A DNA stretch of 64,000 nucleotides. It comes from Octopus sinensis (lineage: Eukaryota). How positions within the stretch are numbered: the first letter of the stretch is position 1; the number at the start of each line of letters is the position of its first letter. The stretch covers positions 63,240,001 to 63,304,000 of the forward strand of contig NC_043009.1 of the NCBI RefSeq assembly GCF_006345805.1. Reading direction: 5' to 3'. The notes below the pieces were generated by a model. That model did no database searches and was not told where the DNA came from. It saw only the letters and a program-made list of their open reading frames with translations. Made by a program: the position numbers and the translations under genes. Below, one piece after another: positions 1-11,950 of the stretch.

Positions 1-106
1 GAAAACAATTGGGTTTTTTTTGTTTGTTATTAAACTATTGTCGCAGAGTAAGCAAACACCATTTTCTTTCGTTTTTCAAGGTTAAGAGATGACTGTAAGA
101 ACTCTT

Positions 107-122
107 TGCAGTAGCTGCAGCG

Positions 123-194
<72 letters not shown>

Positions 195-295
195 TAGTAG
201 TAGCAGCAGCAGCAGCAGTAGTAGTAGCAGCAGCAGCAACAGTAGTAGTAGTAGTAGTAGTAGTAGTGTAGTAGTAGTAGTAACAGTAGCAGCAA
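107..295. repeat. Compound (AGC)n/(AGT)n microsatellite
   Basis: Direct reading; explains the poly-S/L/Y/T/A ORFs at 30-378. Confidence 0.95.
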
Positions 296-363
296 GTACC
301 AGTTCTAATTAGTGCGTGTGACTTATTTTTAATTGATTCACACAACTGCGCACTAATTGTAAG

Positions 364-378
364 CAAAATGGCGGCCAT
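364..378 (+). promoter_or_regulatory. YY1-like motif CAAAATGGCGGCCAT
   Basis: Close match to the YY1 consensus AANATGGCGGC, with internal palindrome ATGGC-G-GCCAT. Motif only, function not shown. Confidence 0.25.
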
Positions 379-1198
379 TAAAACGTTACTACTGTTACGT
401 AGTAGATAATGGTGATGGCCTTTGTGAAAAAAGGTCGCGCGGCCGATTTTATCGCCAATACGTCAGAAGAAAAGAATGGAGAAAGTAAATAAAAGAAAAG
501 AAATAATAGATAAGAAAATAAAAGAAGCAGTAAAATCTGATTTATCACTGATTTTATTTGAATACGAAATTTTGCTCCTGGTTTTTATTCGTTCCGTTGC
601 CAGGTTAGATGTCCTTACCTCTCCAGGGATAAGGTGCAAATTTGTAACACATTCTATTTGTTCAGGAATAACCCTCGGCAAAGACTGTCAAGCGCTAAGC
701 TACAATGATTGGTTTCACGATCTATAATAATCTCTCCTGGTGACCTCACATTCACAATAGTGCAGTCAAAAGATGAAACTTCCTGTTGAGGGACTGAGTG
801 TAACTGAACACCGATCAGCTGATGACCTCTACAAATCCCAGGTGTTATCTATTTTAAAGTACGAGTTACTCACCAAAGCAGTGTTGCTGTTACACGCGCG
901 AACATCATCGGCCACATTGAAAAGAGGACAAAGTAAGCTTCGAACCAGCCTACCGACTGACCCATTCTTTTCTGCACCCATCATACCTAATGTGAGCCAC
1001 TCACTAAAGTTTCATTCAAAAATCCACACAATTCTTACTACCAGGAAGTACAGGCGCATGGCTTAGTGGTTAGAGTGTTAGACGAATGATTGTAAATTTG
1101 TGGTTTCGATTCTTGGACCGGGATATGCGTTATGTTCTTGAGCAAAACACTTCGTGTCAGGTTTTGACTGACCGACGTCACCTCTAGCAAGGAATATA

Positions 1199-1498
1199 CT
1201 GCGTGGGCCAAAAGAAGGTCTACACTTTATTTTTTTTTTCATTTTATTACATTTACACTTGTTTATTACAATTACATAATCTCGTAAATGATCTCGTAAA
1301 CGATCGAAATCTCGTAAATGATCTCGTAAACGATCGAAATCTCGTAAATGATCTCGTAAATGCTCGAAATCGCCTCCTTCAACATTGCAATATTTCGCAA
1401 ACCTTTCCAGAACACTGCAACACACAGCATCATACAAATTCCTATCTGCATCAATAAGTTCATTTTAAAACGTGTATACCTACTTTTGGACCACCCTG
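1199..1498 (-). mobile_element. Non-autonomous Tc1/mariner element (300 bp) retaining the transposase C-terminus
   Basis: TIRs CTGCGTGGGCCAAAAGAAGGTCTACAC vs CAGGGTGGTCCAAAAGTAGGTATACAC (right end reverse-complemented), TA on both flanks; minus strand encodes CCSVLERFAKYCNVEGGDFEHL, a mariner-type C-terminal motif. Confidence 0.85.
1279..1368. repeat. 30-bp tandem repeat x3 (AATCTCGTAAATGATCTCGTAAACGATCGA)
   Basis: Direct reading; reads HLRDFDRLRD in the transposase frame. Confidence 0.9.
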
Positions 1499-1952
1499 TA
1501 TATGCCAGAGAAACCGGGAAACCGGCCACAATGTTCCTTAGGGAGTAACGTGGACTAACCTTACTACCAAGAAGCAGTAGAGTTTCGCTCCTTACCCAAC
1601 TTTTGTCTCTCTATATCATCAATTAGAAGTTTCAGCTGATTCATCGATTATCTCAGAAAGCAAAAAATGCTATACGTCAATACCGCATTTCCCGCCACCG
1701 TGTACAATACGCATATACACACACACACATACACGCACACACACACCACACACACACACACGAAGAGTTTTTTTCTTTTATTCCAAAGCTACAAATACGC
1801 AGTTTGTTTCGTACTCAATGTCTTAATAAGATCGGGTCGAGAAAGAAACAAACACTTCATTTTAACATTTGCTTATATCAAACTGTAGCAGAGCGTCCTT
1901 TAATTTGGCTTCGAGTAATAGATATCCTACCAAACATGCTTTGTTTATATTT

Positions 1953-1990
<38 letters not shown>

Positions 1991-2077
1991 ACACACACAA
2001 CACGCGCGCACACACACACACACGCACACACATACACACACACAGTTTTTACACATGCCCATATTCTTTTATTCTTC

Positions 2078-2376
2078 TATTCTTTTAATTGTTTCAGTCA
2101 TCTGACTGCGTCGATGCTGGAAAACCGCCTTTAGTCGAACGAATCGACCCCAGGACTTACTCTTTGTAAGCCTAGTATTTATTCTATCGGTTACTTTTGC
2201 CGAACCGCTAAGTTACGGGGACGTAAACACACCAGCATCGGTTGTCAGGTGATGGTGTGGGGACAAACGCAATTATACAAATGCACACACACATATGTAT
2301 ATGTGTATATACATATGTGTGTATATATACTCGGAGTTTTATCTTGGCTACCGAATATTGTCACTATTACATTTAC

Positions 2377-2424
<48 letters not shown>

Positions 2425-2930
2425 ATGTATGTATGTATGTATATTTATGTCAAGGTCATTCGAGTCTAATGGTAACATGTAACCCAGTACAACCTGTTGC
2501 ATGGTCGGGTCGTCGGCGACTAAACCGACAACCCCAGGTAACTGGGATAACTCCGACATAAAACCTGCGGCTCAGTGGTTACCGATGATGTTGACTTGTT
2601 CTTCTTTTCGGATTATGGTTGCTGTTGCTTAGTGAGTGGGATTGACTCAGTGCACAGCCTTTCCTCACTTAAAAAAAAATCTTCTTGCACAGGCATTGCA
2701 CGATAACAACATTGATTAAGCTTCGTGCAATGGCCATACTCGATAACGAGGGGGCAGCCACCATGTATGTATGTATATATATATATATACGAAGGGCTTC
2801 TTTCAGTATCCGTCTATCAAATCCCTTCACAAGGCTTTGGTCGGCCCGAGGCTATAGTAGAAGACACTTGCCCAAGGCGTCACGCAGTAGAACTGAACCC
2901 GGAGCCATGTGGTTGGGAAGCAAGCTTCTT
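2078..2930 (-). mobile_element. SINE family B with internal (CA/TA)n microsatellite, interrupted by a ~310-bp insertion (2449-2762)
   Basis: 3' half 2078-2290 and 5' half 2788-2930 match full copies at 22470 and 45621. Confidence 0.85.
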
Positions 2931-3110
2931 TATTTCATCAGATTTACCAAAAAGGCATTACAAAGATAAGAGCAAATGCGGGCTGGACAATAACACAAAT
3001 GAGATGAAATGATGAACGACATAATGACATTCATGAGAGAGGCAAATCGACGCCCGCCGATCAACGGCCCTCGATAACTCCGTTCTTTTTTCTTTAAAAA
3101 ACAACACAAA

Positions 3111-3307
3111 TGAGGTAATGAACCTCTAACATTAACATCAATTGAGGCGCTAAGTCTCTTATCAATCTATATTGTTCATGAGGCAACAAACCTCTACACT
3201 GTTCACGCTATTCAATAAAAATCCAATAACAAGATGAGGTGCTAAGCCTCTTAACTTTCTTTCCAAACTCGGAACTTTCAATAACACTGAGGCTTTTCAA
3301 CCTCTTA
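3111..3307. repeat. Array of five TGAGG-N7/8-(C/T)CTCT(T)A motifs with unique spacers
   Basis: Motifs start at 3111, 3143, 3179, 3235 and 3288. Confidence 0.75.
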
Positions 3308-3600
3308 TCACTATTCCTCCTCAACATCGCTTGTGCCCGCATACTCAGCCATCACCCACGCCTCATTCAAGATCAAAGCGGATGCCGTATCGGTGTCGCC
3401 CGGCCACAGGTGACATTCCTCATTGAGTCCCTGCAGCCTACGCATCACGGGCAAAGTTATGACCTCCACAGCTATCTGCGGAGGCCATTCGGGATCCTGT
3501 GTGCAGGCTAAAGGTACTCCCTTATGGTGCTTTTCCAACACCTTTTCTGATGATATAGCGCTCACGGCAGGGTTGGAGGGAGTAACGCCTGAGCTTTTTG
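3300..3600 (+). pseudogene. Possible ancient non-LTR RT remnant
   Basis: GC-rich; ARILSHHPRLIQDQSGCRIG..QVTFLIESL resembles EQxGFRxGR..QV, and FSDDIALTA resembles YADDLAL. Motif spacing is too short, implying a deletion. Confidence 0.3.
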
Positions 3601-3639
3601 AGTCGATCCCGATAATCAAGGCTTGTCATGTCATCTTTT

Positions 3640-3851
3640 GTGTGTGTGTGTGTGTGTGTGTGTGCGTGCGTGCGTGTGTGTGTGTGCGTGTGTGTGTGTG
3701 TGTGCGTGCGTGCGTGCGTTGTGTGTGTGCGTGTGTGTGTGCGTGTGTGTGTGTGTGTGTGCGTGCGTGCATGCGTGTGTGTGTGTGCGTGTGCGTGTGT
3801 GTGTGTGTGTGTGCGTGTGTGCGTGTGTGCGTGTGTGTGTGTGTGTGTGTG
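3640..3851. repeat. (GT)n/(GC)n microsatellite
   Basis: Direct reading. Confidence 0.95.
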
Positions 3852-4359
3852 ATTGATCTCTGGGGAGAGATTAAATTCATGTAGGCTTTAAAGAAATAAA
3901 TCCTGGATCGATTTGTTGGACTAAAACCTTGCAAGGCGGTACCCCAGCATGGCCGCAGCGACATTAATGAAGTAAGTAAAAAAAGAAAAGAAAAAGGATA
4001 ACATACCCCTAAATGAAAAGGGTAAATTAGACAAGTCTGTGGTGGGATAAGATAGATAGGGAGGAGGGAGAGACGGATTTGCGAATTTAATACAAACGAG
4101 CATATTTTTTGTTGACAAAACATATCCCAGAGCATCAACAAACACGACTCACGTATCATTCCGTGCGTCATTCAATTATATAAATCCCCACTCCCCCTTC
4201 CTCTCTATCACTGTTTCTCTCCCGCACTCTTTTTACTCTCCCTCCCATCTATCTCTTTCCTTTGCCTCACTCTCTTTCTCTCCTCTCTGTTCTATCCCTG
4301 CTGTTCTCTCGCACTCGCTCTCTCGCACTCGCTCTCTGTCACTCTGTCATTGTCTGTAT

Positions 4360-4399
<40 letters not shown>

Positions 4400-4501
4400 A
4401 CATTGTCTTCTTTGCTTCATGTCTTACATTCCTCAACAGAAAAGCTGCCTGAAATTATTACATATACAAACATGCACACACACACACACACTCACATGCT
4501 T

Positions 4502-4705
<204 letters not shown>

Positions 4706-5380
4706 TGTTTCTTTGTTGGCCACGCAGGGCTGAACACAGGGGACAAAATATAAAGTAGAGCTTTTCTTTTTGGGAAGAAGAGAAGGTAAAAAAAAATGGG
4801 TCGAATTCCGATGAAAAGGGATCGTGGAAAAAAAGGGGGACGATCAACAGGGATCGTTTATCACAGAAATGTCAATATAAAAAAGGAAAACAGATTAGGC
4901 TTGTCCATAGAAAGAAAATTGAATTAATACAATGTTTTAAATGCAATAATTATATTGGCCAGCAGCATGAATTTGAATAAATATACTGGATTCTCAATGC
5001 AAAATATTATTAATTGGATTTCCCTAATTAGTGAAACCTAATCAACTACTACGCTGGAAGTTTGTTTAGTTCGGTCCCAGAAGGATAAAAGTTAATCAAT
5101 CACAATAATAAAATTTAGGAAGAGGTTCGGCGGTTTGGGGCGGGAAAGGATGTGGAGCTTGCTTGATGCCATCGACAATAGTACCTGACATGTGGTTTAA
5201 ATAAAGTACATTGACACCGGTTGAATGAAAGTTGCCTTCGGCAGGATTTGGACTCTCAATGCAGTGTAGTGCAACCAAATACCGCAAGATATTTTGTCCG
5301 ACGGTTCATCGATCCTAACAATCCACAACCCTCAATGATAATGGTAATGAATACGCAAGGATTTAGCAGTGGCAGATTAG

Positions 5381-5704
5381 CAGATAATTGACTTTACAGT
5401 TTCAAATAATGAAAAAAAAATCAAAATGAGAGGTATAGAAAAGATAACAAGGTACAAGTACCTAGCCATTGAATTACAGAGACTATGGAAAGTGGGGGTA
5501 AAATGTACAGGTGTATTAGGAACTGTCTTTAGAGATTTGAATAGATGGATAGAGGAAACAGGCATAAAACCCAGTTTAGTACAGCTCCTGAAAGCAGTGT
5601 TATTAGGGACAGTTAGGATACTTAGGAGAGTTCTCGGCATCTAAAGTTACTTGTAGTTCGATGTTAGGATTTTTTCTTTTCCAACAGTCTAATCTGTTGT
5701 GTGA
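5381..5704 (+). mobile_element. 5'-truncated R4/Dong-like (REL endonuclease) non-LTR retrotransposon, copy 1
   Basis: QIIDFTV...EKITRYKYLAIELQRLW...VLLGTVRILRRVLGI*, short 3' UTR, then (TAA)n. Confidence 0.8.
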
Positions 5705-5798
5705 ATATAATAATATAATAATATAATAATAATAATAAATAATAATAATAATAATAATAAATTTAAAAAAAAAAAATATAATAATAATAATAATAATA

Positions 5799-5837
<39 letters not shown>

Positions 5838-6285
5838 GTATCTGTCAAGACCTACCAAAAACTGAGCAAATATAAAGATCTTGAAATAGAAATCAGCAAA
5901 AGTGGAAGCTGAAGACTAAAACAATACCTGTTGTCATAGGGCCCTGGGAATGATAGCAAAAGGGGCTGATAGCTACCTAACTCAGATACCAGGAAACCCA
6001 AAAATGGCAGAAGTTCAAAAGATAGTGCTCATGGGAACTGCTCATATCCTACGCAAAAATACTCTCTATGTAATCTCAAGGTTTAAAACAACATAATTTT
6101 CGTTTAAAAAAAAAACAAAAAAAAAACCTTTTTTTTTAGACATTCATTAGTACAATATCCCCACCCCCCAAATATATGGCACACTAGGCATAACAACAAC
6201 ATGAACTTCCAACCCTGTTGTCTCTTGAGGTCTCTGGGTGAGACTTGGAGCCAACTTGTACAAATATAAAGCAAAAGTCAAACAC
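5838..6285 (+). mobile_element. 5'-truncated R4/Dong-like retrotransposon, copy 2 (different subfamily)
   Basis: Frameshifted KLSKYKDLEIEISK.WKLKTKTIPVVIGALGMIAKG...VQKIVLMGTAHILRK, stop at 6071-6073, ~210-bp 3' UTR, (AAT)n on both sides. Confidence 0.85.
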
Positions 6286-6310
6286 AATAATAATAATAAT
6301 AATAATAATA

Positions 6311-6828
6311 GGATACGAGGTAACGGGTGCTTGGTCCCAACATACACTGGACAAGGTAATGAACGAAAAAGGGAGGGCACAAATCCTCTGGGACTTTGAA
6401 TTCCAAACAGATAAGGTGTTGGAGCACCGAAGGCCGGGTATAGTAACTTTTAGTGGGTGTAAACAAGAGTGCCAAATAATCGACATGACAGTGCCGGGAG
6501 ATCAGCATATTATCATGAAAGAAAGAGAAAAGATTGAAAAATATGAAGACTTGAGAACTGAGATCGCTAAGATGAGGCAGCTACGAGAGTCAAACATAAA
6601 GGTTGTTCCTATTGTCATCGGAGCATCCAACCTAAAGAAACATCTGGAAACCTTAGAAATACCCTACAATCTAGATGTATTGCATGAGTTGGTATTACTT
6701 GGAACTGCACGCATATTGCGTAAAGTAGTGTCTGTCTGAGGTTCTTGTGATTTGACAAACATTACGAACCCCCGAGAGACACAACGTCTTCAATCGATAT
6801 CACGATATTGTATATACTGTGCGACGTC
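6311..6828 (+). mobile_element. 5'-truncated R4/Dong-like retrotransposon, copy 3
   Basis: ILWDFEFQTDKVLEHRRPGIV...IIDMTVPGD...EKIEKYEDL...VVPIVIGA...LLGTARILRKVVSV*: REL domain with the catalytic PD mutated to PG; flanked by (TAA)n. Confidence 0.9.
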
Positions 6829-6848
6829 TATAATAATGATGATTGATG

Positions 6849-6899
<51 letters not shown>

Positions 6900-6925
6900 T
6901 AATAAATAATAATCATAATAATAAT

Positions 6926-7402
6926 TTGTCTTGGTATAAAAGATGGGCTAACAGCAAATATTCTGCTCAATACCACAGATTTGCTTGTCAGTTGTTTGAC
7001 CCTAACCAGTTGAGCATGTCCCTTAGTGGCTGACGATATGTGCATCTCTGATCACGAGCAGAAGTAGTGGGGAGCATCATAGCCATGTGTTGAGAGGGAT
7101 TCTTTGGGGTTTGAATAATTCACCTCTGGAAACATGGGTGGTTCTTTCAACATCCTTAAACAACCCTTATTCAAGGACCTTTTGAGCGGGATGGGCTACT
7201 CAACCTGAAGAAAATTCTAACTGGGCCCCATCTGCAAGGTCATGTGCTGTTTATCTTGATATGAGATCACCATGTCGCGCACATATGGTTGTGATGCATG
7301 TGCCTGGTGTACCCTTATCAGACGGGTAGTCATGATGGGTATATTGGGCTTCGTATATTTTACCCCAGTGTCACTTTGATAGCATGAACTGCTCTCTCAC
7401 TC
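6926..7402. mobile_element. ~480-bp non-coding element embedded between (TAA)n tracts (unclassified, SINE-like)
   Basis: GC-richer block sharply bounded by (AAT)n on both sides; no ORF homology recognised. Confidence 0.5.
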
Positions 7403-7439
7403 AAAATAATAAAATAAATAATAATAATGATATGATGAT

Positions 7440-7471
<32 letters not shown>

Positions 7472-7704
7472 TAATAATAATATAATAATAATAATAATAA
7501 TAATAATATAATAATAATATTATAATAAATAATAATAATAGCGACAACAAATATGTACATTGAAGGACATTGCAACCCTCATTATTAAAAATATTGCCCT
7601 AAAAATAGGAATTTTGAAATCAAAATATTTAAAATGTGGATCATGAATGTGGAAACGATATGAATAATAATTAGGACATTAATATGAAGCAGAACATATA
7701 TTTT

Positions 7705-7796
7705 ATACCAAGACTTACAGCACTACACACTGTCCAAAAGATATTTACTTGGAAGGAACAGCCCACATCCTACGCAGAAAATTATCGCCTCAGTAA
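7705..7796 (+). mobile_element. R4/Dong-like C-terminal remnant, copy 4
   Basis: IPRLTALHTVQKI / GTAHILRRKLS, frameshifted. Confidence 0.6.
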
Positions 7797-8109
7797 CCCA
7801 GCTGAAATAAAATAATATTTGCACACGTGACACGGTAATTATCTATTAAAAATAATAAAACCCACCCCCGTAATGTATACTGTACAACATTAATACACAA
7901 TAAAATCAAGCAACTCACCTTAACACAGAGTGTACAACAGAAGAGAGACGAATATAATGCAGGCAACAGCAGGCTAAACACCAGAACAAAACAAAAATGA
8001 TGCAATAAAGTAATAGAAAGTGTCGATATTTCTCCAACCCCCGCAGCTCACGAACGACGAAGGTTAACCACTTGCTGCAGGAGAAGCTCGTGTGAAACTC
8101 TCAAATAAA

Positions 8110-8570
8110 TGTGGCTGTGGGATTAGAAGTTGGCTTCCCAAACACATGGTTCCAGGTTCAGTTCCACTGCGTCGTACGTTGGGAAAAATTCTTCTACAAT
8201 AGGTCTCGGTCCGAGCAAAGCCTTGTGTTGGGGGATTTGGCAGACGGCAACTGAAAGAAGCCTGTCAAACATAGAAGCGTATATCATGGACTCTCCCGTT
8301 GTTAGACGCCATATGAGGGTTCGACAATTTCTTACCAAACAACCACACAGATGGTTTGTTTATAGGGATCAAATGTTTGTGTAGACATAAGCTCACTCCC
8401 TCCATCAGATCGACATTACCTGTACAGGTGCAACTGGGTGCCACAGGTCAGATAATGAAATGATCGCAGAGAAACGTTAAATGAAGTGCCTTGCTCAAGA
8501 GTACAACGCAGCGACCGTTCTGGCAATCGTGAGTGCAACAATCCTAACCACTATGCCATGCGGCCTTCAC
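8110..8570. mobile_element. SINE B 5' half (+, 8110-8280) abutting another SINE family (-, ~8290-8570)
   Basis: TGGCTGTG...GGTTCAGTTCCACTGCG head; minus-strand head CTAACCACTATGCCATGCGGCCTTCAC with TGCCTTGCTCAAGA. Confidence 0.7.
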
Positions 8571-8583
8571 ATCACCATATATC

Positions 8584-8614
<31 letters not shown>

Positions 8615-8649
8615 ATATATTATATAATATATATATAATATATATATAG

Positions 8650-8848
8650 TTAATCCAAACAAGAAACACAAAAGACACAACAACGCGAGGACGTGGAACA
8701 AATAAAGTATTATTGGACGCCTCAGGAAGACGGGAAGACGGAGGTTTTAACGTTTCGAGCGGAACTCTTCCTTCGGAACATAGGAGAAGGAAAGATCCAG
8801 AGAAGGGAAGACAGAGAAAAAAAATCGCCAACGGTACCACACGAGTTC
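8650..8848 (-). mobile_element. ~200-bp minimal-hammerhead repeat (Penelope pLTR-like), copy 1
   Basis: Homologous to 18725, 42073 and 50010 copies; (TA)n on both sides; core degenerate. Confidence 0.7.
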
Positions 8849-8850
8849 AC

Positions 8851-8887
<37 letters not shown>

Positions 8888-9087
8888 TTTTTTATAAACA
8901 AACCCGAAAGGCTTTGCGAGTTACGGAGAGAAAGCTTCTGTGGAAGGCTCATAGATCGATTCAGCCTGATGTTAACTCATCATTTTTCGATCATTTGTTT
9001 ATATTAAAAAATTGTCTCTTTAAAAATGGAGAATAATATCATTTATGATATATATTATATACAGTTTATATATATATATATACATAT

Positions 9088-9265
9088 GAAAATGGAGAAT
9101 ACCTCTAAATCAAATATCAATTACCAGATAATACTCAATCACATACTTTGTATTAAACCACCACATAGACTGTAGGGTATTAAACATAAAAATCACAATC
9201 AGTGTATGTGATTGAGTATTATCTGGTAATTGATATTTTGATTTTTGATGTATTTTCTCCATTTC
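9088..9265. repeat. Long inverted repeat (~60-bp arms, 34-bp perfect core, 57-nt loop)
   Basis: AATATCAATTACCAGATAATACTCAATCACATAC (9113-9146) is the exact reverse complement of 9204-9237; outer AAATGGAGAA/TTCTCCATTT also pairs. Confidence 0.9.
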
Positions 9266-9578
9266 TTATCTTGTTTAGTAATTTGTGGTAAATCATTGTA
9301 CCTTTGCCCTATAATACAGTAAATGAATTGATTCCATCGCAATCCTTAACATTTTACGTATTAACTTTGTTGGGTCTTCACTAGCAGTATATTGGATATA
9401 TGTTATCCCATGGAGGGCGCATTTTACAACCCCTATCTCAATCTGTATTATATATATATATATATATATATAGGTATATCATATATATATATTTAAAATA
9501 TACATTATATAATATATATATAATATATATATTGTGTGTGTTGTGTGTGTGTGTGTGTAATATATATACATAAAAAAT

Positions 9579-9826
9579 AAATGCGCCCTTTAAAGCCTGG
9601 CCAGTCTCATGGGCCCGGTTTTTCCTTGTTCCATGACGTTTTGTTTCCAAGCTGGACGGGAGCCAGTCCATCTGCTCGTTCCTCCTTTTTGCCAGCTGAG
9701 TGGACTGGAGCAACGTGAAATGAAGTGTTTTGCTCAAGAACACAACACGACGCCCGTCCAGAAATCAAACACAATCTTACGATCATTTCTGGCTGACTAC
9801 CCTAGACCCTAAGCCACGCGCCTCCA
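9579..9826 (-). mobile_element. SINE family C (V-domain-like), full length
   Basis: Reverse complement of the 23562 and 59929 copies. Confidence 0.9.
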
Positions 9827-10122
9827 CACACACACACACACATACACATACACACACACACACACATATATATATACTTGGCCTTAAATTCCCAGAGCGA
9901 TATGCGTTTTTCGTAGCAAAAGACTTTGTTCCATGTTGATCTGTGATCGCTTTGACACCTGATGCTTGGTATACTGTACACCTGTTCAGTCAATTTGATA
10001 GAGTGAGCGGCACAAGCATTTGATCACTATAGACAAACCATTTGTACAGGTCTTTCGGCTAAAGCTGAACATTCATACATCGTCTTCGATGGAAAGTCCC
10101 TCATCTATCAATCTATCTATCA

Positions 10123-10191
<69 letters not shown>

Positions 10192-10199
10192 CATATGTG

Positions 10200-10245
<46 letters not shown>

Positions 10246-10274
10246 TTTGTGCGTGCGTGTAATGTGTGGGATGT

Positions 10275-10505
10275 GTGTGTCTTTGTGTCTGTGCTTGTCC
10301 CCCAACCACCGCTTGACAACCGATGTCGGTGTGTTTATGTCCCTGTAACATAGCGTTTCGGCAAAAGTGACTGATAGAATAAATACTAGACTTTAAAAAA
10401 ACAATAAGTACTGGAGTTGATTCATTCGACTAAAAATTCTTCAAAACAGTGCCCCAGCATGGCCGCAGTGAAATTGCAAAAACAAGTAAATGGGCAATAA
10501 AAGAT
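10275..10505 (+). mobile_element. SINE B 3' half
   Basis: CTTGACAACCGATGTCGGTGTGTTTA...GTGCCCCAGCATGGCCGCAG. Confidence 0.8.
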
Positions 10506-10553
10506 AAAAATATGAATAACAACAATATTAAACACATGTACACACGCGCACAC

Positions 10554-10604
<51 letters not shown>

Positions 10605-10634
10605 CATAGAAATATACATACATATGTACATAAT

Positions 10635-10683
<49 letters not shown>

Positions 10684-10830
10684 CAATCCTTCGGTATTGG
10701 TACGCGATGTCAGCCCCCCCCCCCTCTAACTTCCCTCGACATAAATAAAGAGGTTAAGCTGAAAGAGATGGTTAATGACGACGTTTCCTCATACCAACAC
10801 TCTGTAAAACAAAATCGAAAGATCGCCATA

Positions 10831-10831
<1 letters not shown>

Positions 10832-10864
<33 letters not shown>

Positions 10865-11148
10865 TGTGTATGTGTGTGTGTATGTGTGTGTGTATGTGTG
10901 GTGTGTGTGTGTGTGTGTATGTGTGTGTGTGTGTATGTGTGTGTGTATGTGTGTGTGTATGTGTGTGTGTATGTGTGTGTGTATGTGTGTGTGTATGTGT
11001 GTGTGTATGTGTGTGTGTGTGTGTTGTGTGTGTATGTGTGTGTGTATGTGTGTGTGTATGTGTGTGTGCGTATGTGTGTGTGTGTATGTGTGTGTGTATG
11101 TGTGTGTGTATATGTGTGTGTGTGTATGTGTGTGTGTATGTGTGTCTG

Positions 11149-11191
<43 letters not shown>

Positions 11192-11221
11192 TGTGTGTGT
11201 GTGTGTGTGTGTGTGTTGTGT
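10832..11221. repeat. ~390-bp (TG)n array with (GTGTGTGTAT)n sub-period
   Basis: Direct reading. Confidence 0.95.
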
Positions 11222-11950
11222 AAGTCAGCAAAATACCGAGTACTCTGCATATTACGTACAAATGCACTCGGCTCTCCTAAATGTAATATGGTGACACTTC
11301 AATCAACGAAACCTACTATACAAGCAATTATTAGACAAAACCTCCCCACCACACAAAAGTTTGTTTTAAAATGTAACAACAAGGAAGAGAGATAACTCAC
11401 AAAAGATCCGACGACGGAAATTTTGGGACAGCAAGAACAATGCGGATTAGAGTAGATCCGGTCTTTGAAGCCAATGGGCGAAAGCAACAAGAAGATTTAG
11501 CTCTTATCATCTTATCTTATGTGTGGGGGGTGGTGGGAGAAAGTATGCGTGTGTATGTATGTGCGTATGTGTGTGTGTGTGTTTATGCGCCGGTATGTGT
11601 GAGTATGGCTGTATGCATACATACATATATATTTACTAAATATGCATTCGTTCATATCTACGCATTCCGTGCGTAAATATATACGGTGGTGTATACGTGC
11701 ACTTATGCAATTATACCATTCTGTAAATGACTTCATGACACCAATCGACGAACCTACACTGCAAGATCTCTCTCTCTCTCTCTCTCTCTTTCTCTCAAAG
11801 ATACACACACACATACATTTACACACATGAACACACTAGCTTAGACACACACAAACGTATATCGTTATACACACACATATGTGTGTATATATATATATAT
11901 ATAATATATATACATACATACTCATATACAATACTCACATACATATAAAC

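Larger units (their letters stand above)
1052..1545 (+). mobile_element. tRNA-derived SINE family C (V-domain-like), split by a Tc1/mariner relic
   Basis: Head GGCGCATGGCTTAGTGGTTAG, B box GGTTTCGATTC, then GTTCTTGAGCAAAACACTT; body resumes after 1500 with GCCAGAGAAACCGGGAAACCGG as in intact copies 23562 and 59929. Confidence 0.8.

Noticed and set aside
1560-1640. Further hammerhead-like fragments (also near 825, 8925-8990, 10770 and 11405)
   Set aside because: Only partial CTGATGA or GAAAC matches without consistent stems I-III.
3111-3307. Five-repeat array as a mini-CRISPR or let-7-like cluster
   Set aside because: Repeat cores are only about 18 nt with variable interiors and irregular spacers; stems are too short for pre-miRNAs.
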